NCBI GenBank assembly: GCA_003971905.1
Contig: RSEE01000044.1
Span: 62,001 to 126,000, forward strand
Length of the DNA: 64,000 nucleotides
Direction: 5' to 3'
Origin: Moniliella sp. 'wahieum'
Lineage: Eukaryota
Shown here: in pieces, positions 25,401 through 38,382 of the stretch
Layout of the letters: each line of letters opens with the position of its first letter
Numbering within the stretch: position 1 is the stretch's first letter
The notes under the pieces: generated by a model
What the model saw: the letters and a program-made list of their open reading frames with translations, nothing else
The model's database searches: none
Told to the model about the DNA's origin: nothing
Position numbers and translations under genes: made by a program

Positions 25401-26632
25401 CCTCATCCGTTGTGGCGCCCATACCTCCATTTGCTCGTGCCCACCACCCAAATGGCGCAGGACGACCAACCGCTCGTTCCAGGGCTCATCGCACGGAATG
25501 GTATCCGGGCCGCAGCCAGCTCGTCCCACAGCGTCGGCAGAGGCGATACTGGTGTCCACTCGGCCCGCACCAACATCCGATCCCGCCTCACAATCGTCGT
25601 CCTTTCTCCATCCAGATGCGGGGCAAAGGGAGGAAACATGGTGGTCGCCTCCGTAGCGACCGTGTCAAACGCGTTTTCCAGGTGGCCTGCCACTTGCTGC
25701 GCCATCGACGGTTTGTCTTTGGGAGCACCATTCGGTGTCAGGGTGGCCTGTTACCGTCAAGATAGTGGCGCAAGTCCTCCTCCCCGGCCGAGGTGGGGAG
25801 AGGGTGCGAGTTATGTCGACTTTAGATTGCAGGGGAGGTAACGGCGTATTCGGTGTAGGTGTCACCGATGAGAGGCAGATGGGCCAGAGGCAAAAGACAC
25901 TCTTCTCCCAGGGCGTGGAAGGGCGGTATGGGGCGAAAGCAAGACCGGAGGGGGGGGCAAGGTCGTGGAGGGCATCGGAGGACCGGAGCCCAGATTCGAT
26001 TGTTCTTTTGGAATGTCGGGGAGAGCTCAGGCAGCCGTAGGCTGATGGGGGAAGACGAGGCGGCCATTCGCAGACGTGGTACGGGCGAGGAGGGCGCAGG
26101 GGAGGTGGCGAGGCCCATCTCCCCATGAACAGAGGAAAGGCGTCGAATAACATCGTCCCACCCATTTTGGCTCTCGATCGCTCGGGCATTGGGAAAAGGC
26201 GGGGTATGTTCAGGTGCAGCAAGTGTGTAAGAATGATGTGGCAATGGAAGTTTGGGTAGAGAGGCAACAGCGGGCGGTGGTGAAGAATGAGGATGGTGAG
26301 AAGGTTCTGAAGAAACAAAGGGGTTGGCAAATGTGATGGTAGGGCCCGCAGGGGACACCTGCTTGTCTGTGATGGCAGGGCCCGCAAGGGAGACCTGATT
26401 GTCTGCGCCGGTACCGGTACGTGGTTTGGGAGATGCTTCCGATTGGGGGGCTGGCTGTGTCGCAGGCGGGGTGAGGATAAAAGTTGGCCCAGGGGCGGGG
26501 AGGTTGTTGAGGGCTGGCTCGGGAAAGCGTCGATGCAGGTCTCGAGGGCGTGGTGTATAGACGGCTGGGCACCACTAGGCGATACAATCCAGCGGGTGCC
26601 GCCAGCCGATGTGCCGATGAGCGGGAGAGTCA
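22460..26632 (-). CDS. Spo71/Mug56-like multi-PH-domain protein
   Basis: RDRMLVR, SIGLEWMWDL, DVAVPDINVRVRIP, PFRLAWR..ARLDW, PPGAEGYLWR, WCPIEACHAV..GTLYRKH, IFHKR..IPLEGAYVYSG, RVYNDGLQASDAEADC. Many frameshifts; start approximate. Confidence 0.75.
26332..26403. repeat. 36-bp tandem duplication (2 imperfect copies)
   Basis: tgtgatggtagggcccgcaggggacacctgcttgtc / tgtgatggcagggcccgcaagggagacctgattgtc. Confidence 0.9.
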
Positions 26633-26926
26633 TGCCGGGCGGAGGCGGTACTGGGGGAGGCAGGAGATGATTGGCCGGGGAAAAAGAAACAAAGGTGCCC
26701 TTTACGGCTGTTGAAGGCGTGACTCGGTGGCGCAGGCGTTTCCACCGCGAGTCAGGTCGCTGTGTGGGGATGGAGACGATGGTGGGGTCCTGCACAGTAT
26801 TTTGGCGGGCGAAAGGCGGCGGCGTGCGCTGGGAGACGGGGGGCGGTTGTCACGGAGGGGCGGCGCCGGATTGGCTTGGCCGCCGACAGCATGGTGGGGG
26901 GGAGATGGACGGTCGCTGTCAGCATC

Positions 26927-26932
<6 letters not shown>

Positions 26933-26959
<27 letters not shown>
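26933..26959. repeat. (GCT)9 microsatellite
   Basis: Direct reading of gctgctgct..., upstream of the Spo71-like gene. Confidence 0.9.
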
Positions 26960-27598
26960 TGGGTCTGTGTCAGCCAGAGCAGCGGATGCGACGGTGGCGG
27001 TGCGATTGGGGCGGGTGAGGAAGGTAGGCGGGGGCGGACGGCGCAGATGGGCAAAGCCGGCCCCTGGCTGTTGTAGATGTGCGGGCCAATGAAGATGCGC
27101 TCCTCGCCGCGGCCATGGCGGTGGACAGGCATGGCGCATAGAGGGAGTGGCCGCGGCCTCTGGTGGAGCGGTGGATGGGGGGGCTGGGGGACTCGGTGCC
27201 AGCTGAATGCTGATAGGGGCCATTGCTCTCCACGCGGTGGGCTGCCTGCTGCTCCAAGGGCAAGTGCCGCCCAACAGGAACCAGCATCAAACTCGTCAAA
27301 GCCCCAAGGAAATTTCAGTTGAAATCGCACATCCACCTGCACTTGAAATGTTCCACTGGACCCGCGGTCGCTCTGAATACGCGACTGCTCACCAGTCCTT
27401 TTTCCCCCTGCCACCACAACAATGTCCATCTGATCAGAGCGATGCACTACAAACATAACCTCACAGGCCACTTAACGTGGCCGACAACGTGAACAAGTCT
27501 ATAAGACGAGCCCAAGTGAAGACGGCTTGAGAAGTCATCCAAAAGGCACAGGAGAGGGAAATTCAACGCATAATATACTTTTTTCTGCCCTTCTTTTT

Positions 27599-29080
27599 CT
27601 AAGGCAGCAACGATTTGGGGTTCAGCCAGCCTTGCGAGCCAGCCCATGTGCCCTTGACCATCGAGGCATAATAAACCCGGGAAAAACTCCCGCTTCAGCA
27701 GCCAAAAGAACCGCTGCGGCTCAGTTTGGTCAACGAACCGGCCAAATGTCTCCTTGGGCTTCCCACCATACTTGAACTCCGCGAGGAGAACCTTGCCGTA
27801 CTCGGTGATGAGCGGGCAAGATGTGTACCCATCATATGCCGCAGGCAGCTCTGTCGTACCCGGGTTGGCCAGACTGTAGAGCAAGTTGGCCACCGTTACT
27901 GGCGCTTGGGCCGTGATGGCCGCTGCTGTCTTGGAGGTGGGTAAGGAAGAGGAGTCACCCAACGACCAGATGTTCTTGTACTTTTTGTGCTGGGTTGTAG
28001 CTTGGTCCACGTCAACAAACCCGCCCTCCTCAGCCGCAAGCGGCGAGTTTTTGATAAAGTCCAGGGGGCCCATTGGGGGCGACATGAAGCAAGTCATATT
28101 CCCGCTCCAGGTTGGGTTTGCCCTCCTGAGTAAAGGTAGCAACCTTGGTCTTGGGGTCATCTTGATCAAATTGGTCTTGAACAGACCTTCCACATGACGC
28201 TGCTTACGCAGTTTCTCAAGCGTCGCACTGTACTCTGGCACAGCAACATGGCGGGCGTTCCGGTTAAAAAGCTCACTTGTACCCCTTTGGTGGGATCGTC
28301 GAAGGACAGACGGCCCGACTTCATCCACTCGTGATACGCCATCCACATAATCTTTTGGGGCGCTCCAGCACATTTGATCACCCCCGCTGGCTGAGTGAAA
28401 AGAGCACGGCCCTTGGTCAGAGCCAGGATGGCAGGGAACACCTTCTGGGTTGTTTCGTAGCCATAGATACTGACCACCCCAGACTCGGGAGAAGCCAAGG
28501 CCTCGGGCAACCCTTCAATCGCATCCCAGTTGGTCTTGAGACCAGGCGCAACAACCAGCTGGTCGTACTCAATCGTCATGCCACCTTTGGTCTTGACCGT
28601 GTTCGACTCGGGGTCAAAGGTGGTGACGGCATCGGGCAGGTAATCGATCCCCTTTCCTTGGGTCAAGTCTTTGGTCTTTCGCCGACCTTCTTGTGCCGTC
28701 AGAACCCCACCTCCGACCAAGGTCCAGCCAGGCTGGTAGTCGTGGAACTCAGCCGGGTCAATCACCAGGATGGGAGTAGGCGAGTCGGCAAAGTACTGGG
28801 TCCGGGCCAGAATGTGGGCGACATCTTGCCCAGCCGTACCACCGCCAACAACGACAACCTTGTAGCTTTTCTTGCTTCCATTGGGCACCACAGGGCAGCC
28901 GCATGGACTTTTGAGCTCGTCACCAGGCCCCGTCGCAGCTGCGAGGGGCACGGGCGAAACACGTGATACAGCCGCGAGGGCGCTGAGGGCACGCTGGGCA
29001 CCGGGCACGTCCGTCCGGCCCGCACGACGCACAACAGAGCGGGCAGCGTTGCGAGCAAGACTCAGGGATGCAACTGCCAT
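27599..29080 (-). CDS. hmt2: mitochondrial sulfide:quinone oxidoreductase (SQR, Hmt2-like)
   Basis: Arg/Ala-rich presequence, VVVVGGGTAG, HDYQPGWTLVGGG, YDQLVVAPGL, IKCAGAPQK, GDSSSLPTSKTAAAITAQAP, YDGYTSCPL, LAEFKYGG. Both catalytic Cys present; no introns apparent. Confidence 0.96.
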
Positions 29081-30309
29081 GGTGGAGGAGAGGAAAGTGA
29101 CGAGACAAACGCAACGAGCGCTCCACGTTTAAGGTCTGGTCCAAGTCCCCAGCAAGAGAAGAAAAAAAGCCAAAAAAGCACGGCGCACGCTCCAAGCAAC
29201 AATCGATAATCGATAATCGGTAATCGACCGCGGTAATCATTAACTTTGAATCTTAATCGATGGTGGGGACTTGCATACCGCAGAGGTCGATCAGCTGGAA
29301 GCACGTCATTAACGTCACGCGTCGTTTGTTATCTGTGCCATTGATCAATCATTAATCATCGGCAGTCCAGCTCTCCACGATGAATCATTGATCGTTCGTC
29401 CGCCCTGCCACCACATAATCAACCACGATCCTGTCGGGCCTGAGCCTGCCTGAGCCGTTGGCCTTGAGCGCGGCTGACAGCACATTAGGGTCCATGTTGG
29501 TTTGGTGCATCAAATCCACCTCTGGCCTGCCCAAATCGAGAGCTGTGGGCGATAGCTACTCTACTGTTTTGACCCCAGCGCCTCTTTGGTACCCGAAAAT
29601 GCATCATTTCGTCTCGAATGTTTCGACAAGTCCTACGCAACGTCTTTCACCGCAGCTTTATATCCAGGCCTCGGCTTGCTCTCTCCTCCATCCCCACACC
29701 CGCGCTCACTCGCAGATGGCTTTTGCGGCAAATGGTTGCTATGTGGTTGCACTAGAAGACTGAGTCCAGTTCGTTCTCCATTTTGTTGAGCTAAGTGGCT
29801 CGTGATTTGGCCAATGTCCCTTCAGCTCCTCCTCAGGCCGAGGAGTTTCGCTGTTTCCCCTCTCCTGTTTCCCTCCTTGCCCCGCAGCTTAGCCCCTGAT
29901 GGCGACTCGCTGCTTGATGTTCCTCTGTAGGCATTGCTGGTTGCCACACCACCACCACCAGTGCGATTGCATCACCTTCGAGGACCATCAGGACTCCAGG
30001 TCTCATCACATTTTGGTCGCAGCCTGTTCTGTGGACGTAAGCTGCACGTTCCTCTGGAACAAGGGGCAGCTGCAGCCTTTCTGCCAGATCTGCCACACCT
30101 TCCTTCCTTCCATCCGGTTTACTTTGGGGTAGAGAGAAGGATTTCTTTTCATCACGTGTCACAGCGACACCATTGGCGCCATTCACCAACACGTCCACCC
30201 AGTTCATCCGCGCCCAGTGCATAATAAGCTAACATGCCCGAGAAGGTGTCGGGGGAGATGTACCAAACCATCATTCCCCGTGTCGAACAAGGTCCATAGC
30301 ACTCTTTGA

Positions 30310-32180
30310 TTACGACCACACATCCCAGCAGCCGCGATCGGTCCTTGAGCAATTTGTACTCCGTCAACCCGGCCGCCTCCGAGCCCTTGGCCTCACACAA
30401 AATGCGCTGAAAGACCTTCTCCACTTCCTGTGCCATGCCCTTGGCCTCCCCGCAAATGTAGATGTAGGCTCGCTTGTCCAAGATTGCCTTGGCCAGCGCC
30501 TCCCGCTGGTCCCAGATCAAGTCCTGCACATACAACTTGCTCCCGTCTGACTTGAACTTTTCTCGGGACAGCGAGACTTGCATGTACAGCTTGCCCGCTA
30601 ACTCGGCGCTGTACTGAGGCCACTCGGACTTGTACAAAAAGTCCTCATACACTACAGCTGTGATGTGCACCTTGTTGGGGTGCAGCTTGGGAGACGAGGA
30701 GATGGAGTAAAAGCGTGGACCCAGACGCGGGACAGAGGAGATGATACGATCAAATGGAATGGCCCAGGGTGTGGAGTTGGTCACATCCTCCTTGGCCAAT
30801 GAGTCGCCCGCAACCAGCTGCAAGACTTGCCCAAGGGTGTAGGAGAAGGATGCCACCTTGGCAGTGTAGTAGTCCTTGTCCTCGGCAATGTGCTTGAGCT
30901 CCGCCGCCGCCTTCTCGGTGGGTGCAAACTTGACAAAGGCAGCAAGCGATTGGCGACCAGCCTTGGCACTAATGTCGAGGTAATATTGAGCACCGCATCG
31001 TACGTCGTGGGTGTAGGAAACGGCACCTTAGCCAGCGTCGGATCAAGCGATTGGACATCAATCTTCTTATCCTCTTTGCCAGGCAGACCCAAAATGTACG
31101 TCAGTCGTGCCACTTCGTGATCGAAGTTGTTGGCCCAGACAGCTAGGTGGTCCCCGTGCTGGTAAGTAACACCCGAGCCCTCCAGGTCAAACTCCATGTG
31201 CACACACGACCGATCCGACGAGTTGGGAAACCTTCCGACGTAGCCGAGATCGGGGCCGGGTACGGGTTCTTGGCATCGTGCACACCCTTGGTCTTGGTAA
31301 GTGAACGTGCCGACAACTCGCCCTTGTACACCTTCGAGTCGTCCAAAGGCATGTCCGATTCCGTCACGACAAAGTCAATCACGTCTCCTCCGCCGCCTTT
31401 CTCGAGGTCGAGAGCCTTGCCAATCTCTGCCAGTGCGCCATCCTTCCAAGCCAGATAATCTTCCTCCATACTCTTGTCGTCATCGCCCTCGCCGTGCTCG
31501 CCGACTTTGTCGCGCCAAAATGAGACAAACGAGCGTCCAGAGTGCGGGATACCTGATTGTACTGCTCGTACGTGCGATTGCCCAGACCAAAGACAGCATC
31601 CTTGACGCCATCGAGGGAGGAACCCTGGCTAAACTCGGCCGCATCGTCCTCCAACAGTTCCATCAACTGCGTCGCATTGTCCGTTGCCTCGCCCTCGCCA
31701 TAGGTTGCCATAAAGAAGATGACAATGCAGTTTTCGGGAAGCGCGTCGAGCTTGGTAAAGTCAGTATCTTCCGGATCAAGGACCAATGGAGAAGTGCCAA
31801 AGCGGGCCTTGGCTTATTTGGCAAACTTGATCGCATATTCTTCTGCAGTGCCAGTCTGGGAGCCAAAGAAGATGACAACTTGCTTGTTCTGGGAACACGG
31901 GCCGCCGCAAAGGTCAGCGGTTGGCCGACAAAGAGACAACGGAAAAAGAAGTAAGAAAGACGGGGCAGGGCAACATACCTGGGCCTGGAGGCTGGTGATA
32001 AAGTCGGTTGCTTCCGCGTCCTGAGGCTGGGGAACAAACTTGTCGGCAGCCGTGGGACGGGAGGAGCCGAAGATGATGCCAGGAAAAAGGAAAAGAAGGG
32101 CGAGCAAGGCCAGCCCCCCCGAATGAGAAGGTCAATGGTGGCGACCACGGTGGCGCGGGGACAAGCCACTAGTAGGGTAT
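30310..32180 (-). CDS. NCP1: NADPH-cytochrome P450 reductase (internal segment absent in this sequence)
   Basis: N-terminal TM, FFGSQTGTAEEYA, MATYGEGEATDNA, FGLGNRTYEQYN, HDAKNPYPAPI, YQHGDHL, PRFYSISSSPK, EDFLY, KLYVQD, YIYICGEAKGMA, ...DVWS*. Intron at about 31889-31977. Start codon unclear. Confidence 0.93.
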
Positions 32181-33058
32181 GATGACTGTTGGGGACCCCA
32201 AAAACAGAGATGGAGGGGGGACGATCTACGATGGAAGAGTGGTGGTGATGGGGCGGTGGAGCGGTGGATCGGCTTGCTTGGGGAGGGCGTGAGCGGGGAT
32301 GTTCGTCTTGCGTGGGGTGGGGGTGATGCCTGTGTTGGATGCCATTTCCGATGGAGGCATGCCATTAACCATTCGACATTCATATTCGCCAGGCCTCTCC
32401 AACTGCAGATCTTTCAGATCTCCGACTGATCTCCGATCCCAGATATCAGATTGCAACTCCCACGGCGGCTATCACACTTGCATCACCTGCCCCACCTGCC
32501 TCTGGCAGCAAAAACAATCGTTCGGGGCAAGGCCATCGTCGGCAGCAAGCACGGCCGTCTGGGGTCCTGTTGGTGTGGGACCCAGGCCAGCCAATCGGCC
32601 ATCGGTCATCGACATGGACCAGTCAGCTGATCGGATCGGCAACATGGCTGTTGGTGACGCGGTGACGCTCACCCCCCTTTCCTTCCTATACCTCTACACA
32701 GTCCCGTCAACCGGTCGGGCTCCGCTCCACAAGGAGGTTCAAGTACAGGCGTGACAGGGTATACCCACAGTACATCGTAATCATCCCAACACAATCAGCA
32801 GCGCCACCAGCCCCGGTGCGCACCCCAGTACAACACAACCGCACCGCACCCCTCGCGCTCCCGTCGAATCTTGAATCATGCCCACGACCAAGCACACCCC
32901 ATTTCCAGAAGCGGTATACTTGTTTCGACTGTCCATCCTCGATCGTAGATAGTCGATAGACCCCGAAGCAACCCGACATTCGGGCGGGGAGGAGGGACCA
33001 GCCTGCCCCCCTCTATGAGAGGGGGCGGGACCAAAAAGAAAAAAAAAATGCCGCCCCA

Positions 33059-36000
33059 TCAGGGTGACTTGGCAGGAGGCGCATCGAGCGGGGTGCTCTG
33101 CGTACGGGCCGGTACCGAGCCCTGACGAGGCGGGTCGGGAGCCAACGAGTTGGAACTGGACATGTCCAGCGTGCTTGCCGCGGGCACAGGCGAGTGGGAC
33201 ACTGGTGCCGTTGTCACCCGCCCCCGCGGGACTCCCACCTCGTTTCGGGCCGAGTGGGCGTGAGAGGGCTGGAAGGGATGCCCGTGCTGCTGCTCCCCGT
33301 CCCGTTCGTCACGGGGAAGGGCTGGAAGGGGAGGACCAATCACCATCTCATACAGTCCGTTTGTCCAGTCACTCGCGGAGGATGCCGACCAGGGAACGGA
33401 GAGAACCCCCTCTGATGGCCACGGGTAGGCGAGTCGACAGCACCCTGCCCATTCTGGTCCGCAGCGCTACGAGACGGCATGTGCGTCGACACGCGCCGGG
33501 AGGACTGGCGGCTGGATGTGGATCGTCGGAGCTGGACAGGAGAACTGGGGGTGGGAGTGCGTTGGTAGGGCGCAGCAAGAAAATCTTGCAGCGTACTGGG
33601 TGCCCCCAAGGCAAAATCGTGCAGGTTGGCCATCTTTTCGGCCAAATCCGATGCCAAGCCCGTAACCGAATCGGCCCAGCTCACCTCGCCCGCGCCCAGT
33701 CCCCCATCCATCTGCGCCGAATTCATCGCCCCCCAACCCAGGCCAGGCGGAGGAGAAGGGACGGTAGCAGCGGATGTGGTTGCGGCCGCTGCGGCAGCGG
33801 CAGCCGTGATCGGGTCTTGGACAGCTTCTGGAACGACAGAAGAGGGTCGAACTCCGTCTACAGGGTAGTTGGTCCCCTCCAGGTGGTTCGCTACCGCAGG
33901 GTCGCCATACAAGGTGAGCCAATCGGCCGCCTTGAGTGCCTCTGCGGACACGCGTTCCACCTCCTCGGCCGAAGCACCGGCTTGCATCTCGGCAATCTCG
34001 CGTTCGAGCGTACCAACGCAAGAGCTGCGGCCGACCACGTGACGAATCAGGTGCCCATCCTTCTGACGGTAGAGCCAGGTGATCTTACCCTGTCCGTCGA
34101 GGGTGCCGTTGCGATGATAGACCGTCTGCCCCCGTACATAAGGCTCCAAGTCAAAATGAGCCACCCGGAGCTGTTTCGTCACAATCGCCCGTTTGTGCTT
34201 TACCGAGTTATCTTGGCCCTCGGAAGCAATCCATTGCCTCGTTAGCTCCTCGTATTGGCGCGCGAGACGAGTGTACTTGGATTGGGCCTTGTCCCTGCCT
34301 TCCTTGTCCTCCAGCAACGCATTCTCTCCTGGAATGGGTTCGAGGAACTGGAACCCATTGTCCACGTTGCCCCCCAAAGCGGAAAGCAACCGACCAGCGG
34401 GCACAATGTTGGCGCAGTCCTTGGCGGAAGAGCAAAAGGCAACCTTGGAGCGAACAACAGGATCGAGCATGGGAGTAATGCCAGTCCAGATCCCCTGGAA
34501 GAGCCAAGACGCATTATGGACAAAGAGCTTGCCCAGACACTCGGGATAAAACAATTCGAAGCACTTGATCATGAAGCCCATTGTGTTCCAGTCCACTGCA
34601 AGACCAGAACAAAGTCAGTCTCTCCAAGCAAAGAAGGGGAACGAATAAGGGGAAAGACGTACTCGATTTTAAGCTAAAGCCAGCCATGTCGACAAACAAG
34701 GTGGCCTTCTCTTGTGGGGGCGACATGAGCAGACGGAAGGTCTCCATCGCATACACCACAAACTTCTGCATCGTCTCGGGCGGTTGGGCTGATGTGATGT
34801 GCTTAGCAATGTGAATGTAACACATGGTCTGTTGGGTAGCAGAAGTGGTACCCTTGGCATATGTCTTGCCGGCCCGCCCTTGATCGAGGAACTTGTCGTA
34901 CAACGCTGCGTTGCCGAGATCGCCCCCTTGAACCAGCGCCTCCACACCATAGTCCAATCGCCACTTGATGCAGTCGATTGCCATGACTAGCGCATCGGGC
35001 ACAACCCACTTCCGGGCCCGCAAGAAGCGCAGAATCAACGAGTCTGGGTTGTCCATCTTGATAAACTCCCAAATGCGGTCCATGGCCAAAGGACCATGAG
35101 CTTCGACAAGCGATTCAACAGCTTGGATGACCTCCTCTGTCAATAGCGTTGGCTCGGCAGGGTGGGTGGCATCGGAAGGAGGCACACCAGCACTCGATTC
35201 GGCGTACCGTTTGCAAGCAAAGTACGACTCCCACATTGCACGCAGATGTTTATCCTCCTCCTCCGTCAAGTTGCCCACTGAACCCGGGGCCGGAGTGGGC
35301 TGGTCCTGCCCAATCTCTAACGCCATAGGCCCGCCAATTTGACGATAAGCATGCCCCGGTAACCTCCGCACTCCAGGGGGAAATTCATCTGCTTCTTCTC
35401 CCTCTGGCATTTCCGACAGCGCTGATGCAAATGAGTCGGTTGAGCGGATGCTGGAGGTGGAGTCTCGCCTCATATGGTGGGCGCCGCGAGACGCCTTGGG
35501 CTTGATGGCCGGAGGAGCGGCGGTGGTGGCGGCGGGGTGCTGGCCAGCAAGCAAGTTGGGCATACTGCGGTCGGCATTGAGGGTGTAAGGTGAGGGCGCG
35601 TTGAGAGAGGCGCGCTGCAACGCTGGAGGTGCAGAGCGATCTCGAGCGAACACATGCTCAGCACCCTCAATCTCGATAGCTACCTCGGCAGAGCCATAGA
35701 GGGTGATCCAATCTTGGTCTTGGATCGCCTTGCGTGTCTTGGCCTCTGCCTCGTCAACAGACATACCTTGCTTCTCTACATCATCCAGCTCCCGCCGGAG
35801 AGTGGTGTAGCGGCAAGACGACCGCACACTTGGCGCAAGACTTTCCCATTCGGTTGCGGATACAACCAGATGACCCTTCCCCTCCTGTCCACTTGGCCAC
35901 TGCGATCAAAGGGCGTGGAGGGGCGATAATATGGCTCGAGGTCCAAGTGGGCCACACGAATCTTCTTGGCGCACAAGCGGCGTCGGTCCAGCACTGTTTT

Positions 36001-37465
36001 GACCGCTTCAGGACCCGAATCGGTCGAGTCGGGGCTGGAGAGAGCACACCACTCCTGCGTAGCAGCTGTAAAAGCATGCCAAGCTTCGTCCCGCTTGGCA
36101 CGGAGAGCAGCGTAGGTATCCTTGTCTTGCAGCTTGGCATCATCGCTGGGTTGAGGGGGGGAAAGCGGTAGGTAAACTGGGCTTGCCCTCCGGGCAAGCT
36201 AGCCAAAAAGCGCTCACGTGGGACAACATGGGCGGCCTCGGAAGCACTTTTGATGAACTGTACCTTGGATCGTACGACAGGATCGAGCATCGGGGCTAGC
36301 CCCCGCCAAAACCCATTGAACAACCATGGCGCGTTGAGAATGTAGAGCGTTCCTAAACTCTCAGGGTAGTACTTTTCCAGCATGGACAAGACGTACAGTA
36401 TCATTTGCCAATCCACGTTCCTTTGTATAAGGAAAAAAAAAACGATTAGTATGCAAGATAGCTCACCTTCCACCTCTCGCCCGGATAAATTCACTTACTT
36501 CATACCAAAGCCCTCGACATTGCATATCATCGACACCTTGTCGGCAGGGGCATCATAAGTAATCGGCAAGTCTCAACGGCGTACTGAATATACTTTTGCA
36601 TCGTTTCTTCTGGGTGGTCATTGGCAATATGTTTCTTGACGTGTACATATGTGACAGGTTGTTCGGTCGAGGTAGCACCGTACGCAAATGCCTTGCCTGA
36701 TGCGCCTTGCTCGGCAAGGTTGAGGCCTGGAACAGAGTTGCCTGCGCCGCCGGGGAATCAGGCCCTGCAGAGTGGGTGTGAGCGATGCATGCTTACAACA
36801 GTCGCGCTCCAGCAGAGGATGGGAACACGTACCTCGATGTCACTGTCGAGGCGCCACTTGAGCGTGGCGGCAAACATATTAAGGGCGGCAGAGAGTTGCC
36901 ATTTGCGTGCGCGGAGGAAGCGGCAAAACAGGCCATCCGGGTCCTCCATCTTTGCCATATCCCACAGGCCTTCCTCCAACTGCGTGGGTGAGTAGGTATC
37001 AAGCAGCTCTTGGATCGATTTGTTTCCCGCCTGGGCTGCGTCGGCGGGGGGGGCAGGACTAGAGGCAAGGGTGGGTAAAGGTGTAGTGGGCGTGAGGGGG
37101 GAGGGAGGTGCAGAGTGCGAGCTGCGCGATATCCAGCAGTTCCATGCCCTCCACATATCGCAGAGCATGGCCAGCTGGCTTGGGCTCAGGTTGCCTGGAG
37201 GTGGGACGGGGGAGTCAGCGAGCGTGCCCGTTGGGGGCTTCTAGGCTCCCTCAGCGCGCGGGTTGCCGGAGCACAGATACGCACCGGGATGGCCAGGCTC
37301 TGGGGCCGGGGTGAGGTTAGGAATCTCGATGGGGGCATGACTGCGGGCAGCAGACGGTGCGCAGGGGACACGCAGGGGACACGCAGACGTGGCAGGCAGG
37401 CACAGCCAGGCGATGGCGATGGTGGCGATGGCGTTGGGGTTGGGGTGGGGGGAGGTGGAGCTCAT
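33059..37465 (-). CDS. CRAL-TRIO/Sec14 (Csr1/Sfh2-like) lipid-transfer protein with two tandem modules
   Basis: Module 1: PGNLS, DPDGLFCRFLRARKW, NVDW, YYPESLG, NAPWLFNGFW..LDPVVRSKV, LDLEPYYR, DWITLYG. Module 2: VGNLT, NPDSLILRFLRARKW, DWN, FYPECLG, NASWLFQGIW..LDPVVRSKV, FDLEPYVR, DWLTLYG. Introns at about 36741-36832, 36422-36497 and 34597-34661. Stop at 33340 or 33059. Confidence 0.85.
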
Positions 37466-38382
37466 CCACTTTTTTGGTCCGCGGCCTGGGGAATGTGGCT
37501 GGGCCTTACGTCATGCCATGCGCCGCGCGCCACCCCAACGCAGGCACGCCTGGGCAGTTTGCGCGTCGCTGGCCGCTGCAGCGGGAGGCTCTCAGGTGCA
37601 CGTGGCACGACTCGCCCGCAAATGTTCACCCGGCGACCACGCTAGACGAACAGCCATGGCCTCATCCGCAAGCGACCCTCCGCCACGCCACCGCCCCCAT
37701 CCGTCCACAATCCTCTCCGACATACCACGCCACCCACTCAGTCTGAGTTCGCCCCCACCCTCTCTGGCTGCGCTGCTGCCGAGCGAGGCACATACCCCAC
37801 CTGGATTGCCCGCACTACGCACGGCCCGTGTGCAGCGGACATTCACCCCGCGGAGACCTGGGAGCGACTCTTCGATTGTTTTCGGCCGAGCCCAACCCTA
37901 TCGCCATCGGGAAACGATCCACATCCAACCTGAGGCTCACAGGCCTGAGCGCCCCAATGCGGCCGAGGGTGCACCTCGCAATCCCCTCCCGCCCCAAGTT
38001 CCTTCAAAATCCATCACGTCCACCAAGCGCGGAGAATCCCCCATCCTGCATCCTCCCAAATCCCAACTCATCTATCCTTCCGCTCAAAACACTACCTATC
38101 TATATCGTGCTCCTTGCAGCCCCTGTGACCGCGGTTGTGGACGTATAGCTTGATCCCGAGGCCAGATATCCTGTACCATCGAGATCGCATCTACCGATGC
38201 TCAACCGTCTTTGATCCTTATGATGCCAATCCAACGAGCAAGCCCACCACAAAAGTCGCAAATGTAGCAGGCACTCTACTAAAGAGAAGCACTTGTCGGG
38301 GAACTGGTCCATGCGGACAAAAAGACGTGAAATTGGTGGGTATATATGAGAGCCGGAACAAAAACGCACACGTGAGCCCGAC

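Noticed and set aside
27599..32180. Secondary-metabolite cluster around the P450 reductase
   Set aside because: No P450, PKS, NRPS or terpene synthase is present in the window.
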